The notes under the pieces: generated by a model | Databases searched by the model: none | What the model saw: only the letters and a program-made list of their open reading frames with translations | Told to the model about the DNA's origin: nothing | Shown: positions 11,385-22,986 of the stretch, in pieces | Position numbering within the stretch: the first letter of the stretch is position 1 | Layout: each line of letters opens with the position of its first letter | DNA from: Octopus sinensis | Taxonomy: Eukaryota | Length of the DNA: 64,000 nt | NCBI RefSeq assembly: GCF_006345805.1 | Contig: NC_043024.1 | Span: 2,294,001 to 2,358,000 of the forward strand | Reading direction: 5' to 3' | Position numbers and translations under genes: made by a program

Positions 11385-11471
11385 CTCCATTGTTCTAAAT
11401 TCTATTTTCCATCCAGATATCTCATCGGGAAGTTTCAGTTTTATGCTGTGCCAATTACTGCCAATGATGGT
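11385..11471 (-). CDS. GCLC: GCLC-like exon (87 nt), most 5' exon found
   Basis: TTTTAG|..GAG|GTAAC; TIIGSNWHSIKLKLPDEISGWKIEFRTME vs GCLC [31 protein letters not shown]. Confidence 0.88.
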
Positions 11472-11915
11472 CTAAAACAGAAGGTTAAACAAGGTTCTTC
11501 ACTGATACGGAACATCTAAAACAATTCAATAATGAATATCATATTTATTCACATTTAATATGTACTTGTGTATTATGCATATCATTACTTGTAGGTTATG
11601 AAACCCAGAAGAAAATACGACCACTGTATAAAAACCACTAACTTTATTTAGTATCAAGATGTGTAGTAAAAGTGTTTAGTCAGTTTTACTGTAATTGCTG
11701 TGTAAAATACATTGAAAAGGGAACACATTGTAAAGAAAACAAAATTCAAATTTTTAAGTAACCTTTGACCTTTACCAGATTATACTGTAAAAGTGTATCT
11801 ACTGTGAAGATAACATTGTGAGAAAAAAATGAATTTTTCGGTCAATATTTTTTTTAAAATCGGGTTTTAATAAATTGAAACACAACCAGTTGAATTTTCA
11901 TCATCATTGTCATCA

Positions 11916-12015
11916 NNNNNNNNNNNNNNNNNNNNNNNNNNNNNNNNNNNNNNNNNNNNNNNNNNNNNNNNNNNNNNNNNNNNNNNNNNNNNNNNNNNNN
12001 NNNNNNNNNNNNNNN
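11916..12015. other. Assembly gap (100 N, probably unknown size)
   Basis: Exactly 100 N. Confidence 0.99.
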
Positions 12016-12089
12016 TAGATGGAAACCAAATTATGTCAAAGGTCAGATGAACAACAAGACACACAGCAGACATGAAGTAAATAGAAACC

Positions 12090-12533
12090 TGTAATTTTCA
12101 AAATCTTTTTATTTGCTATTAATTGATTGAAGGAGAGATTCTCTTCTAGCTGCTCGTCCATAACACCCAACCTTATGCAGATATATAAAACACGTTCTTG
12201 GACTTACTTCTGGCTGTTTTGCAATGTCAGAAGCCTTCAAACGGGGTTCGTTTTCCACAATTCTCTTCAAACAGCGAAGCTTCCTTTCTAAGGGCCCCAG
12301 GTCGGCCAGGACAAGGATCTACTCTTTCTCTCTTTTACTTGTTTCAGTCATTTGAGTGCGGCCATGCTGGAGCACCGCCTTTAGTCGAGCAAATCAACCC
12401 CGGGACTTATTCTTTTGTAAGCCCAGTACTTATTCTGTCGGTCTTTTGCCGAACCGCTAAGTGACGGGGACATAAACACACCAGCTCGGTTGTCAAGCAT
12501 GCTAGGGGGACAAACACAGACACACAAACATAT

Positions 12534-12566
<33 letters not shown>

Positions 12567-12960
12567 CATATATACGACAGGCTTCTTTCAGTTTCCGTCT
12601 ACCAAATCCACTCACAGGGCATTGGTCGGCCCAAGGCTATAGCTGAAGATACTTGCCCAAGATGCCACGCAGTGGGACTGAACCCAGAACCATGCAGTTG
12701 GTTAGCAAGCTACTTACCACACAGCCACTCCTGCGCCTATTGATTCTTTTCCTTGGCTTTTGAATTGCACTATAATGCTATTAAAAGTAGCAAGAGTAAT
12801 TTGAAGATTTTCGGCAATTTTCCACTGGCTAAGATCAACCTCAGATTGCCCAACAATACGACCTTTTTGAAAATCTGACAGTTCTGCTGTATTTTTTGCG
12901 TGTGGCATGGTTACTCTTCGCAAATGTTTACTTGTTTGCTGAATTCTATGAACAAGAGAC
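12090..12960 (-). mobile_element. Tc1-family transposase relic (N-terminal HTH region), split by a SINE
   Basis: MPHAKNTAELSDFQKGRIVG..SQWKIAENL..GKES | DPCPGRP, then (frameshifted) RKLRCLKRIVENEPRLKASDIAK..VSPRT..YLHKVGCYGRAARR, then stop. Confidence 0.8.
12325..12740 (-). mobile_element. Family A SINE inserted in the Tc1 relic
   Basis: Full-length reverse-complement copy interrupting the transposase frame. Confidence 0.88.
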
Positions 12961-13069
12961 ACCATTACTGCTTAGGTTCATAGACCAAAGGGATGGCTTT
13001 CACTGAAGAGGCACAACTAGGTTGAAATACAGTGGTGTCTTGATGATCCTCCGTTTATGTCAATGAGAG

Positions 13070-13590
13070 CGGGGAGGAGAGGGAGGGAAGTGAGAATGAG
13101 GGGAAGAGAGGGGAGAGATAGAAGGAGGAGGCGAGAGAAGAAAGAGTAGAAAGAAGGTGGAGAGGGAATGAAGAGGAGAGAGAAAAAGAGAAGAGAGAAG
13201 GAGGAGAGAGAGGAAAGAGGAGAGAGAAGAAAGAGGAGAAAGAAGGTGGAGAGGGAATGAAGAGGAGAGAGAAGAGAAGAGAGAAGAAAGAGGAGAGAGA
13301 AGGAGGAGGAGATGGGACAGAATTGAGAAAGGTGAGGGATGAGGGGGAAAGAGGAGAGAGGGGGAAGGAGAGATGGGAAGAGAGAGGAGAAGGGAAAGAG
13401 AGAGAAGAAGGGAGATAGAGGGGGTGAGGAGCAGAAGAGGGAGAGGGAGAGAGAGAGCAGGAGAAGAAAAAGTAAAGAAAGAGCTAGTAGTAGAGAGTTG
13501 AAATAATAGTGGAAAATATGAGGACAGAGAAGGAGAGAGAGAGGGAGGGAGGAGGAGGGAGTGGAGGAGGAGGGAGTGGAGGAGGAGGAA
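13070..13590. repeat. Purine-rich (GA/GGA) low-complexity tract
   Basis: Almost only G and A. Confidence 0.9.
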
Positions 13591-13639
13591 ATTTGTTGAA
13601 AACTGTTAAGAAAGAAGGAAAAAATATTGATAAAGAAAC

Positions 13640-14330
13640 AGTGATGGTGGTGGTGGTCGTCGTCATTGTGGTGGTGGTGGTGGTGGTGGTCGTCGTCGTC
13701 ATTGTGGTGGTGGTGGTGGTGGTCGTCGTCGTCATTGTGGTGGTGGTGGTCGTCGTCGTCGTCATTGTGGTGGTGGTGGTGGTCGTCGTCGTAGTCATTG
13801 TGGTGGTGTGGTGGTGGTCGTCGTCATTGTGGTGGTGGTGGTCGTGTCGTCGTCATTGTGGTGGTGGTGGTCGTCGTCGTCGTCATGTGGTGGTGGTGGT
13901 GGTGTCGTGTCGTCATGAGGGTGGTGTGGTGGTGGTCGTCGTCGTCGTCATTGTGGTGGTGGTGGTGGTCGTCGTCGTCGTCGTCATCATTGTGGTGGTG
14001 GTGGTCGTCGTAGGATAGTGTGGTGGTGGTGGTGGTCGTCGTCGTCGTCATCATTGTGGTGGGTGGTGATGGTGGTGGTGGTGGTCGTCGTCGTCATCAT
14101 TGTGGTGGTCGTAGTGATGGTGGTGGTCGTCGTCGTCGTCATCGTCGTCATTGTGGTGGCGGTGGTGGTGCCGGTGCTGGTGCTGGTGCTGGTGCTGGTG
14201 GTGGTGATGATAGTGATGATGGTGGTGCTGGTGCAGGTGTTGGAGCTGTTGGTGGCGGCGGTGGCGGCGGCGGTGGCGGCGACGGTGGTGGAGAAGACAA
14301 TGAAGGTTGAAGGGTGCAGAGGAGGAGGTT
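13640..14330. repeat. Patterned (GTG)n/(GTC)n triplet microsatellite
   Basis: Alternating GTG and GTC runs punctuated by ATT; gives poly-Val/Trp/Gly/Thr ORFs. Confidence 0.9.
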
Positions 14331-14929
14331 GTGCCGGAGTTGGAAGTAAAGAAGGTGGTGGAGAAGGTGATGGGGGTGAAAAAAAAAACAAGGCAGAGGA
14401 GGAGGAGGAGGAGGAGAAGAAGGTAGAGGAGGTAGAGGCAGAGGTGGAAGTAGAGGGGGTGGGGGTGGGAGGGAGGTTGTCAAAAACGTCTGCTGCGATA
14501 TTAATGGCGGTTCAGTGATGGAGTTTTTTGTTATTTCTATAGTTACAAAATGTTAATCAATAATTATCTGTAAATAAAGCTATTTTCGTTGCAGAGTTTT
14601 CTTGACTTTCTGATCTCTTGATGATGGAAAACGATATTCAGTGAAATAAATGCAAATATTTCAATCAGAAACTCTTAAAATTTGTCTTTACAATTTCATC
14701 CATTAAAACACTCATTAAAAGATGAAAGCAGCCAGGGAAAATCCTCCTGCTAGAAACAGCAGCCAAATCTCCCTCAAATCACATGTTTCTGTTTTAGAAT
14801 TTTTGTTACCATATTTCTGTTGAGATACACTGATTTTGCTTTGATTAATTTTGTAAAAAATAAATTTAATGAAATAATTTTGTTATTATCAAGCTGGTAT
14901 CTAAAATATAAATTAACACGCTGGTGTTA

Positions 14930-15330
14930 ACTCTTTTACTTGTTTCAGTCATTTGACTGCGGCCATGCTGGAGCACCGCCTTTAGTCGAGCAAATCGAGC
15001 CCAGGACTTATTCTTTGTAAGCCGAGTGCTTATTCTATCGGTCTCTTTTGCCGAACCGCTAAGTTATGGGGATGTAAACACACCAGCATCGGTTGTCAAG
15101 TGATGTTGAGGGGACAAACACAGACACACAAACACATACACACACATACATATATATATATATATGACGGGCTTCTTTTCAGTTTCCGTCTACCAAATCC
15201 ACTCACAAGGCTTTGGTTGGCCCGAGGCTATAATAGAAGACACTTGTCCAAGGTACCACGCAGTGGGACTGAACCCGGAACCATGTGGTTCGTAAGCAAG
15301 CTACTTACCACACAGCCACTCCTGCGCCTA
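14930..15330 (-). mobile_element. Family A SINE
   Basis: CTCTTTTACTTGTTTCAGTC...CCACTCCTGCGCC. Confidence 0.88.
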
Positions 15331-15579
15331 TAAAATAAATAGACATGAAATCATTGATATAAGGTTTTTAGATCACTTTAACCCTTCTGTTACCATATTT
15401 CTGCTGAAATACCCTGCCTTTCTTTCAATTAATTTTGGACATAATGAGGAATTTTGTAAAATAACTTTGTCCTTATTAAGTTGGTCTATTTTGTCTTGTC
15501 GCATTTCCGGGGCTGATAAAATAAGCACCTAGCCATTTTCCAAAATTAGAAAGAAATATTAAGGCTGGTGGAAGCGATG

Positions 15580-15899
15580 ATTGTGCTGGTAGCATGTGAA
15601 CAAAACATTCGAGCAAGGTGCCGCTGGACTGACTCCTGTGCAGGTGGCACATAAAAAGCACCATTTTCAAGCGTAGCTGTTGGCAGTACCACCAGACTGG
15701 CCCTCGTGCCAGTGGCACGTAAAAAGCACCCACTACATTCTCGGAGTGGTTGGCGTTAGGAAGAGCATCCAGCTGTAGAAACTCTGCCAGATCAGATTGG
15801 AGCCTGGCACAACCATCTGGTTCGCCAGCCCTCAGTCAAATCGTCCAACCCATGCTAGCATGGAAAGCGGACGTTAAACGATAATGATGATGATGATGA
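15580..15899 (+). mobile_element. Family D retroposon
   Basis: Body plus ATG tail. Confidence 0.8.
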
Positions 15900-15927
15900 A
15901 CTTTGGCAATTTGCTGTACTTGAGAAG

Positions 15928-16506
15928 GCGGTGAGCTGGCAGAAACGTTAGCATGTCGGGCGAAATACTTAGTGGTATTTCATCTGTCTTTATGTTCTGA
16001 GTTCAAATTCCGTCAAGGTCAACTTTGCCTTTCATCTTTCGGGGTCAATAAATTAAGTACCAGTTATGCACTGGGGTCGATGTAATCGATTTAATCCATT
16101 TATCTGTCCTTGTTTGTCCCATCTGTGTTTAGCCCCTTGTGGGTAGTAAAGAAATAGGCATTTCATCTGTCGTTATGTTCTGAGTTCAAATTTCGCCAAG
16201 GTTGACTTTGCCTTTCAACCTTTCGGGGTCGATTAAATAAGTACCAGTTACACACTGGGGATGATATAATCGACTTAATCCATTTGTCTGTCCTTGTTTG
16301 TCCCATCTGTGTTTAGCTCCTTGTGGGTAGTAAAGAAATAGGTATTTTGTCTGTCTTTGCGTTCTGAGTTCTAATTTCATTGAAGTCGACTTTGCCTTTC
16401 ATCCTTTCAGGTCAATAAACTAAGTACCAGTTGCACACTGGGGTTGATTTAATCGACTGGCCCCCCATCCCCAAAAATTTCAGGCCTTGTGCCTAGAGTA
16501 GAAAAG
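15928..16506 (+). mobile_element. SINE (local family B) with three tandem body modules and 20-bp TSD
   Basis: Head GCGGTGAGCTGGCAGAAAC, B-box-like GAGTTCAAATTCC; TSD AATTTGCTGTACTTGAGAAG at 15908-15927 and 16507-16526. Confidence 0.85.
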
Positions 16507-16714
16507 AATTTGCTGTACTTGAGAAGACAGCAAGTAAAATCGTAATCATGGCTAGAGCTGGTGACATATAAATGGCATCTGTGCCAGTGGAATATAAAAG
16601 GCATCCAAGTTGGAGGCACATTAGAGGCACTTGTGTCAGTGGAATGTAAAAGGCACCCACACTGGTGGCATGTAAAATAAATTGGTTTCAAAAGGATTAA
16701 ATAAAAAAAAATAA

Positions 16715-17078
16715 CGGACATACCAACCACACAGTTCCGGGTTCAGTCCCACTGCGTGGCACCTTGGGCAAGTGTCTACTACTATAGCCTCGGGTCGACC
16801 AAATCCTTGTGAGTGGATTTGGTAGACGGAAACTGAAAAGAAGCCTGTCATATATATGTATATATATGTATGTGCGTGTATGTTTGTGTGTCTGTGTTTG
16901 TCCCCCAACGTCGCTTGACAACCGATGCTGGTGTGTTTACGTCCCCGTCACTTAGCGGTTCGGCAAAAGAGATCGATAGAATAAGTACTGGGCTTACAAA
17001 AGAATAAGTCCCGGAGTCGATTTGCTCGACTAAAAGGCGGTGCTCCAGCATGGCCACAGTCAAATGACTGAAACAAGT
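16715..17078 (+). mobile_element. Family A SINE, 5'-truncated
   Basis: Starts at CCAACCAC..GGTTCAGTCCC; normal tail. Confidence 0.85.
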
Positions 17079-17489
17079 ATGAAAAATAAAAGAGATATTG
17101 GAGGATATGTTTAGCAAAAAAAGACAGGATGGTCACAGCTGGAACGCCATTGATTATAGGCTTACTTATTTAGAACTGACTCAAAGTTAAACAATAACAA
17201 AAATGCCGTTAAACGGAAAAAAAGAGAGAAGGAAGATCTAATTGGAATTTTATTGAAATTTTGGTCAATTTTCCCCTGACTTCTGATGGCAGCATATTTT
17301 ATTAGCCGTGTTGTATCTGTGGATATTGGGTTATTCATTCTATGCCAGCTTCTCTGTCAATAACATCTGTCTGTTACAATTTCCACTATCCTCTCCACCC
17401 ACGCCCACTCCCGCCGACCGGTTCATCCAAGCCATCGTTTCACTGCAGTTAGATAGGGCCTCTTGTCTCATTGTTATTGAATAAAAATA

Positions 17490-17508
17490 ACAACAACAAC
17501 AATAATAA

Positions 17509-17546
<38 letters not shown>

Positions 17547-17718
17547 ATAATGATAATAATAATAATAACAACAAAAACAATAATAATAGTAGTAGTAGTA
17601 GTAATAATAATAATAATAATAGTAGTAGTAGTAGTAATAATAATAATAGTAGTAGTAGTAGTAATAATAATAATAATAATGCTACGACAAATTATTATTA
17701 TTATTACTATTATTATTA

Positions 17719-17752
<34 letters not shown>

Positions 17753-17755
17753 TCA
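17490..17755. repeat. (AAT)/(AGT)/(ATT) compound microsatellite
   Basis: Direct inspection. Confidence 0.92.
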
Positions 17756-18439
17756 AGTTAAGGGGTGGGGGAAGAGGCGGAGGTGGAGGGTTTAGTCAAT
17801 TACAGCAACTCCAGTACTTGGACTCGTACTTTATTTTATTAACCCCGAAAGGATGAAAGACAAAAACTGACCCCAGCAGGATTTGTGATCAGAATGTAAT
17901 AATAATAAGAAGAAGAATCTTTTCCACTGGGAAAAGTGAATTAGGCTTCAAGATTCAGCATGAAAAATTACATTAATACACCAAATTTGAAAATTCTCAC
18001 TTAATTTTAAAATTTCAAAAGCTGCCGCCAAACGGAAAAAGATCTGCAATTTATTGCAAATCCCATTAGACCAAATCTCACACAGACCACTAGGGGTCAT
18101 GTAGATCCCTAGTTAAGGACCACTGGTCTATATTGATATCTTTAGTTAAACATTAAATGAATACATTTGTTAAAACTTTTCCCTGTCAAATCATTTTTTG
18201 GGGGTTCAATGCTTTCATGCTTTTGTAATCTGTGTGTGGTTAGAGAGGGGCCCTGTGGTGATGAAGGGATATCTGGGGGTATGTAGAGGGGTGTAGGTAG
18301 GTTTTTATGTCCTATCTGCATTGTGCTGCACTCTGCATCATTGCATATGCACCGGGAATGTACTGCAATATAGATTTATATCATGGTTGGTGAAGGGATG
18401 GCTAGGATGTTGAGTGCAAACAGATCAGTAACAAGTTGC

Positions 18440-19070
18440 TGGGGAGAGAGAGAGAGAGATGGAGGGAAAGGAGAGAGGGGGGGAGAGAGAGAGACAGACA
18501 GACAAAGACAGAGAGAGTGAGAAAGACAGAGGCAGAGAGAGAGAGGATGGAGGGGGGAGGGAGAGGTGAGAAAGAGAGGGAGAGAATGAGAGAGAAAGAG
18601 AGAGAGGGAGAGACAGACAGACAGACAGAGAAAGAGAGAGACAGAGGCAGAGGGAGAGAGAGAGAGAAACAGACAGACAGAGAGACAGACAGACATAAAG
18701 AGAAAGAGAGACAGAGAAAGAGAGAGATGTAAAGAGAGAGAGAGAGAGACAGAGAAAGAGAAAGAGAGAAAGACAGAGAGACAGAGGCAGATAGACAGAC
18801 AGACAGACAGACAGAGAAGCAGGAAGGAAAGAGAGAAGGAGGATGAAAGAGAGAAAGTATGATAGACTGCAAGAATATGTATGTGTGATAGAGAGAGAGA
18901 ATGAGAAGGAATAAGAGGAGAGAGAGAGAGAGTAAGAGTGAGGCAGATGGACGAGGTGGTAAAAAAGAGAGAGAAAATGAGAAAAAGTGAAGGTAAAAGA
19001 GAGAGAGAGAGAGAGTGTGTGTGTATGATAGAATGTAAGAAGAATATGGGAAAGAGAGTGAGGTGAGAGG
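18440..19070. repeat. (GA)/(GACA) low-complexity tract
   Basis: Direct inspection; source of the 249-aa Ser/Leu ORFs. Confidence 0.9.
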
Positions 19071-19499
19071 GAGAGTGATTAATATGAAAGTGGGAGTAAA
19101 AGCGGAGAAGCAAAATTCCCAGCAACTGTCCGTGGCTTCAAACGTTTCCAAATCGCTGTTTCCGAGATAATCTACGAATCTTGTAAAAGATAGTGCAAGG
19201 GAAATAACTCTTACTTAAGGATACAGGAGTTACGTACCTTACTTTTTAAAACCCGGTCGATATAGAATTTATAGTTATACATAAATATACGTGCATGCGT
19301 CTATGCTTAAATATAGATATGTATATATATAATATTGTATGTATGTATTTTATTAATTTGACTGTACGGCTGGTAATTCGCTCAGCACTTGTGATGGTAT
19401 TTCAATAATACCATCCCTAAATTTAATTATTTATGTGTATATATATATATATAAATTAAGTAGGAATGGATTAATTATAAATATTAAAAGCAATATCAT

Positions 19500-19672
19500 A
19501 CATGCATACATACATACATACATACATACATACACACACACATACACACATACATACATACACACACATACATACATGCATACATACACACACACACATA
19601 CATACATATGTGCTTACATACATACAAACATACATACACACACACACATACAAACATACATACATACATACA
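19500..19672. repeat. (CATA)/(CA) microsatellite
   Basis: Direct inspection. Confidence 0.9.
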
Positions 19673-19770
19673 TCCAGACATTTCTACATTACTGCATGTA
19701 CTTTATATGCACTTTCTGACAAGTTGTGGTGCACCTGAGCACTGTATACAATAATTTCATTATTATTATT
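19673..19770 (+). mobile_element. CR1-type LINE 3' tip
   Basis: Matches the 3' end (GTGGTGCACCTGAGCACTGTATACAAT..(ATT)n) of the CR1 fragment at 58115-58720. Confidence 0.8.
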
Positions 19771-19915
19771 ATAATGAATATATAGCAGTATGTAAACTCT
19801 AGTGAGACTTTTTATTGATCTACCTGAACAGACCCAGAACAGGTCAAAACATGTGTTGTACCCAATAATGTCTATTACACATCCCATCACTTATTTTATT
19901 AATGTTGTTACTTAT

Positions 19916-19946
<31 letters not shown>

Positions 19947-19969
19947 ATATATATATATATAAAAATCAA

Positions 19970-20680
19970 ATCAAATCAAAACAAATCAAAATAGATGAAC
20001 ATCAATGGAATTTGTATCTTTGTGGTACCAGTGCCGGTGGCACGTGGCACATAAGAAAACCATCCGAACGTGGCCGTAGCCAGTACCGCATCGACTGGCC
20101 TCCGTGCTGTGGGCACGTAACAAGCACCATCCGATCGTGGCCGTTTGCCAGCCTCATCTGGCACCTGTGTCGGTGGCACATAAAAACACCATCCGAGCGT
20201 GGCCGTCTGCCAGCCTCGTCTGGCACCTGTGTCGGTGGCACAAAAAAAAAACACCATCCGAGCGTGGCCGTCTGCCAGCCTCGTCTGGCACCTGTGTCGG
20301 TGGCACAAAAAAAAACACCATCCGAGCGTGGCCGTCTGCCAGCCTCGTCTGGCACCTGTGTCGGTGGCACAAAAAAAAACACCATCCGAGCGTGGCCGTT
20401 TGTCAGCCTCGTCTGGCACCTGTGTCGGTGGCACAAAAAAAAACACCATCCGAGCGTGGCCGTTTGTCAGCCTCGTCTGGCACCTGTGTCAGTGGCACAT
20501 AAAATCACCCACTACACTCTCGGAGTGGTTGGCGTTAGGAAGGGCATCCAGCTGTAGAAACACTGCCAGATCTGACTGGACTGGTGCAGCTTTCGGGCTC
20601 CCCAGACCCCAGTTGAACCGTCCAACCCATGCTAGCATGGAAAGCGGACGTTAAATGATGATGATGATGATGATGATGAT
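19970..20680 (+). mobile_element. Family D retroposon with six-copy 62-65 bp internal module array
   Basis: CCATCCGA recurs at about 20127, 20189, 20254, 20318, 20382 and 20446. Confidence 0.88.
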
Positions 20681-21059
20681 ATATATATAATGAAGAAATA
20701 AATGGGCTAATTATCCCCTTATACAGTAGCACAACTAATTAGCGCTCTAATAGAGGCTCAGGAATATAAAACCAAGAAAGAGAGAACAAATTTCAAAGCT
20801 CAGTACTTTTATTTCCTCAATATATTTCAAAGGATCGGAATACTCGACAGGTGCACACGTAGGTGCACTCATATGCACAAGATATAATATAAACATATAT
20901 AAATACATAAATGTATTTGTGAGGTTGTATGTCTGTATTAAAATCAATGAGGATATTAAAATATGCAAATGGTGAATGTGGAGTAATAATCCAAATAGAT
21001 GAAATGCTGGTGTGAAATGATTTTGTTAAGAAACTTCAGCAGGTATGAAGTCTTAACAG

Positions 21060-21820
21060 CTGTTTCGAGAAAATATAGGTTGGTATGGGCGAATTAATTC
21101 CAGAGTTATTTAAATCTTAAATGATCGAAAGAGAATGATTGTGAATACAAGCAGTCAAAATAGGGTTTCTTCAAAGGATCTCTGGAGTAACGTTACTTGA
21201 CAGGGTGCATGGCTTGATCAGGGAGTCTCTCTAGATTAAGGGCCTCCTTCATGACATTGAGAATCCCTGGTTCTACAGATGCGATTAGAAAGTCAAATGA
21301 AAGAATCACAAGACAGATTTCAAGCCAACAGGCAGCAGACCAGGAATAATGAAATGGTTGGATAATATCCTATTTCTTTACTACCCACAAGGGGCTAAAC
21401 ACAGAGAGAACAAACAAGGACAGACAAAGGGATTAAGTCGATTATATTGACCCCAGTGCGTAACTGGTACTTATTTAATCAATCCAGAAAGGATGAAAGG
21501 CAAAAGTCAACCTCGGTGGAATTTGAACTCAGAACGTAAAGACAGACGGAATACTGTTAAACATTTCGCCCGACATGCTAACATTTCTGCTAGCTCACCG
21601 CATAGTCCCAGTTGGTCTATCTTGAAAATCCAGTCAGAAAGTCCAATGATGGCTGCATTTGATAGGACCCTAAGGAGGTGGCACCCCAGTACTCTAACCC
21701 CATGAGACACCCAGATGCTGAGGCCAGAGAAGAATGAAGGGTGGACTGATCATAGCATGATGGTTTCTCACCCTTTATGGAAAGGTTTATGTTTGGCGAA
21801 ATCACAACTGCAAGAGAATC
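21060..21820 (+). mobile_element. Decayed RTE LINE fragment split by a family B SINE (21368-21600, minus)
   Basis: IQAVKIGFLQRISGVTLLDRVHGLIRESL* resembles the RTE C-terminal IQA.EM.FLR.I.GVT..DR pattern. Confidence 0.55.
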
Positions 21821-22180
21821 ATCATCATCATCGTTTAACGTCCGTTCTCCATGCTAGCATGGGTTGGATGGTTCGACCGGGGATCTGGGAAGCCAGAAGG
21901 CTGCACCAGGCTCCAGTCTTATCTGGCAATGTTTCTAGAGCTCGATGCCCTTCCTAACGCCAACCACTCTGTGAGTGTAGTAGCTGCTTTTTACATGCCA
22001 CCGGCACAGGTGCCAGGGGAGGCTGGCAGTGGCCACGATTGGATTGGTACTTTTTACGTCCCACAGGCACAGAAGCCAGTCAGGGTGGCACTGGCATCGG
22101 CCACGTTCGGATGGTGCTTTTTACGTGCCACCGGCACAGGGATCACAACTACAATATCCATTGATTTTTGATGTTGGTGT
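21820..22180 (-). mobile_element. Family D retroposon
   Basis: Tail, body and head-side modules. Confidence 0.85.
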
Positions 22181-22279
22181 ATTTAACTTATGGCATATCA
22201 CAAATATTGCACAGATATGGTTCCTTGCTGTATCAATGTGTTTGTAACTTGATAAGATATCACAGAGATATTCTTCCTC

Positions 22280-22879
22280 TCAGGTATGAGTACGTTTGTG
22301 CCGTGGTAAAGCACTGCTGTCAGAGAATGATTTACCACAGATATCACAGCGATGAGGTTTCTCCCCTGTATGAATGCGTTTGTGTCTTGATAAATCGTTT
22401 TGAGAGAATGATTTACCACAGATATCGCAGAGATACGGTTTTTCCCCCGTGTGTATACGTTTGTGTATTGTTAACTTACTTCCTTCTGAAAAGGATTTAC
22501 CGCAGATATCACAGTGATATGGTTTTTCCCCTGTATGTGTGTACTTGTGCCGAGTTAAGCTGCTTGTATGAGAAAACGATACACCACACACGTCACAAGA
22601 ATACGGCTTCTCGCCGGTATGAACAAGCATGTGTCGGGTCAAGTGGCCTTTTTGGGAAAACGATTCTCCACAGATGTCACAGTGATACGGCTTATCTCCT
22701 GTATGAATACGTACGTGCCTTCTCAAAGCATTACTTTTAGAGAATGATTTACCACAGACACCGCAGTGATATGACTTATCTCCTGTATGAATGAGTATGT
22801 GAGTTTTCAGGTTACATTTTTGTGAGAAAGACTTCTCACATATATCGCAGTTGTACGATTTTCCTGTCACTTTCGGCAT
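22280..22879 (-). CDS. C2H2 zinc-finger protein ZNF-1 (7 fingers, subfamily I)
   Basis: MPKVTGKS + 7x C-x2-C-x12-H-x3-H (finger 6 has x11) with TGEKP/TGDKP linkers; ends HT* where the linker Gly codon would be. Confidence 0.88.
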   Translation of the reverse strand: MPKVTGKSYNCDICEKSFSQKCNLKTHILIHTGDKSYHCGVCGKSFSKSNALRRHVRIHTGDKPYHCDICGESFSQKGHLTRHMLVHTGEKPYSCDVCGVSFSHTSSLTRHKYTHTGEKPYHCDICGKSFSEGSKLTIHKRIHTGEKPYLCDICGKSFSQNDLSRHKRIHTGEKPHRCDICGKSFSDSSALPRHKRTHT

Positions 22880-22986
22880 TTCTCAAGAAAAATATACCAA
22901 CCCTTTCAGTTTCTCACACAATCCATTTTTCTGTAATTTCTTCCTCTATCACCAGAGAACATGGGAATTAAGGGTATTCTACTTAA

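Noticed and set aside
11881-11915. DDNDDENSTGC next to the gap as the end of the missing GCLC exon
   Set aside because: No convincing donor; more likely an (ATG)n retroposon tail.
13484-14518. Poly-Thr/Val/Gly/Pro ORFs as mucin-like or glycine-rich proteins
   Set aside because: Products of triplet microsatellites; no splice signals or non-repetitive domain.
18376-19738. Long Ser/Leu- and His/Thr-rich ORFs
   Set aside because: Translations of GA and CATA microsatellites.
20104-20654. Cys/His-rich ORFs or CRISPR-like repeats in the family D module array
   Set aside because: Head-to-tail modules without unique spacers, inside a dispersed retroposon.
22168-22740. Antisense ORFs over ZNF genes (also 31765-32292, 50404-50730, 63044-63424)
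   Set aside because: Shadow frames produced by the periodic finger codons.
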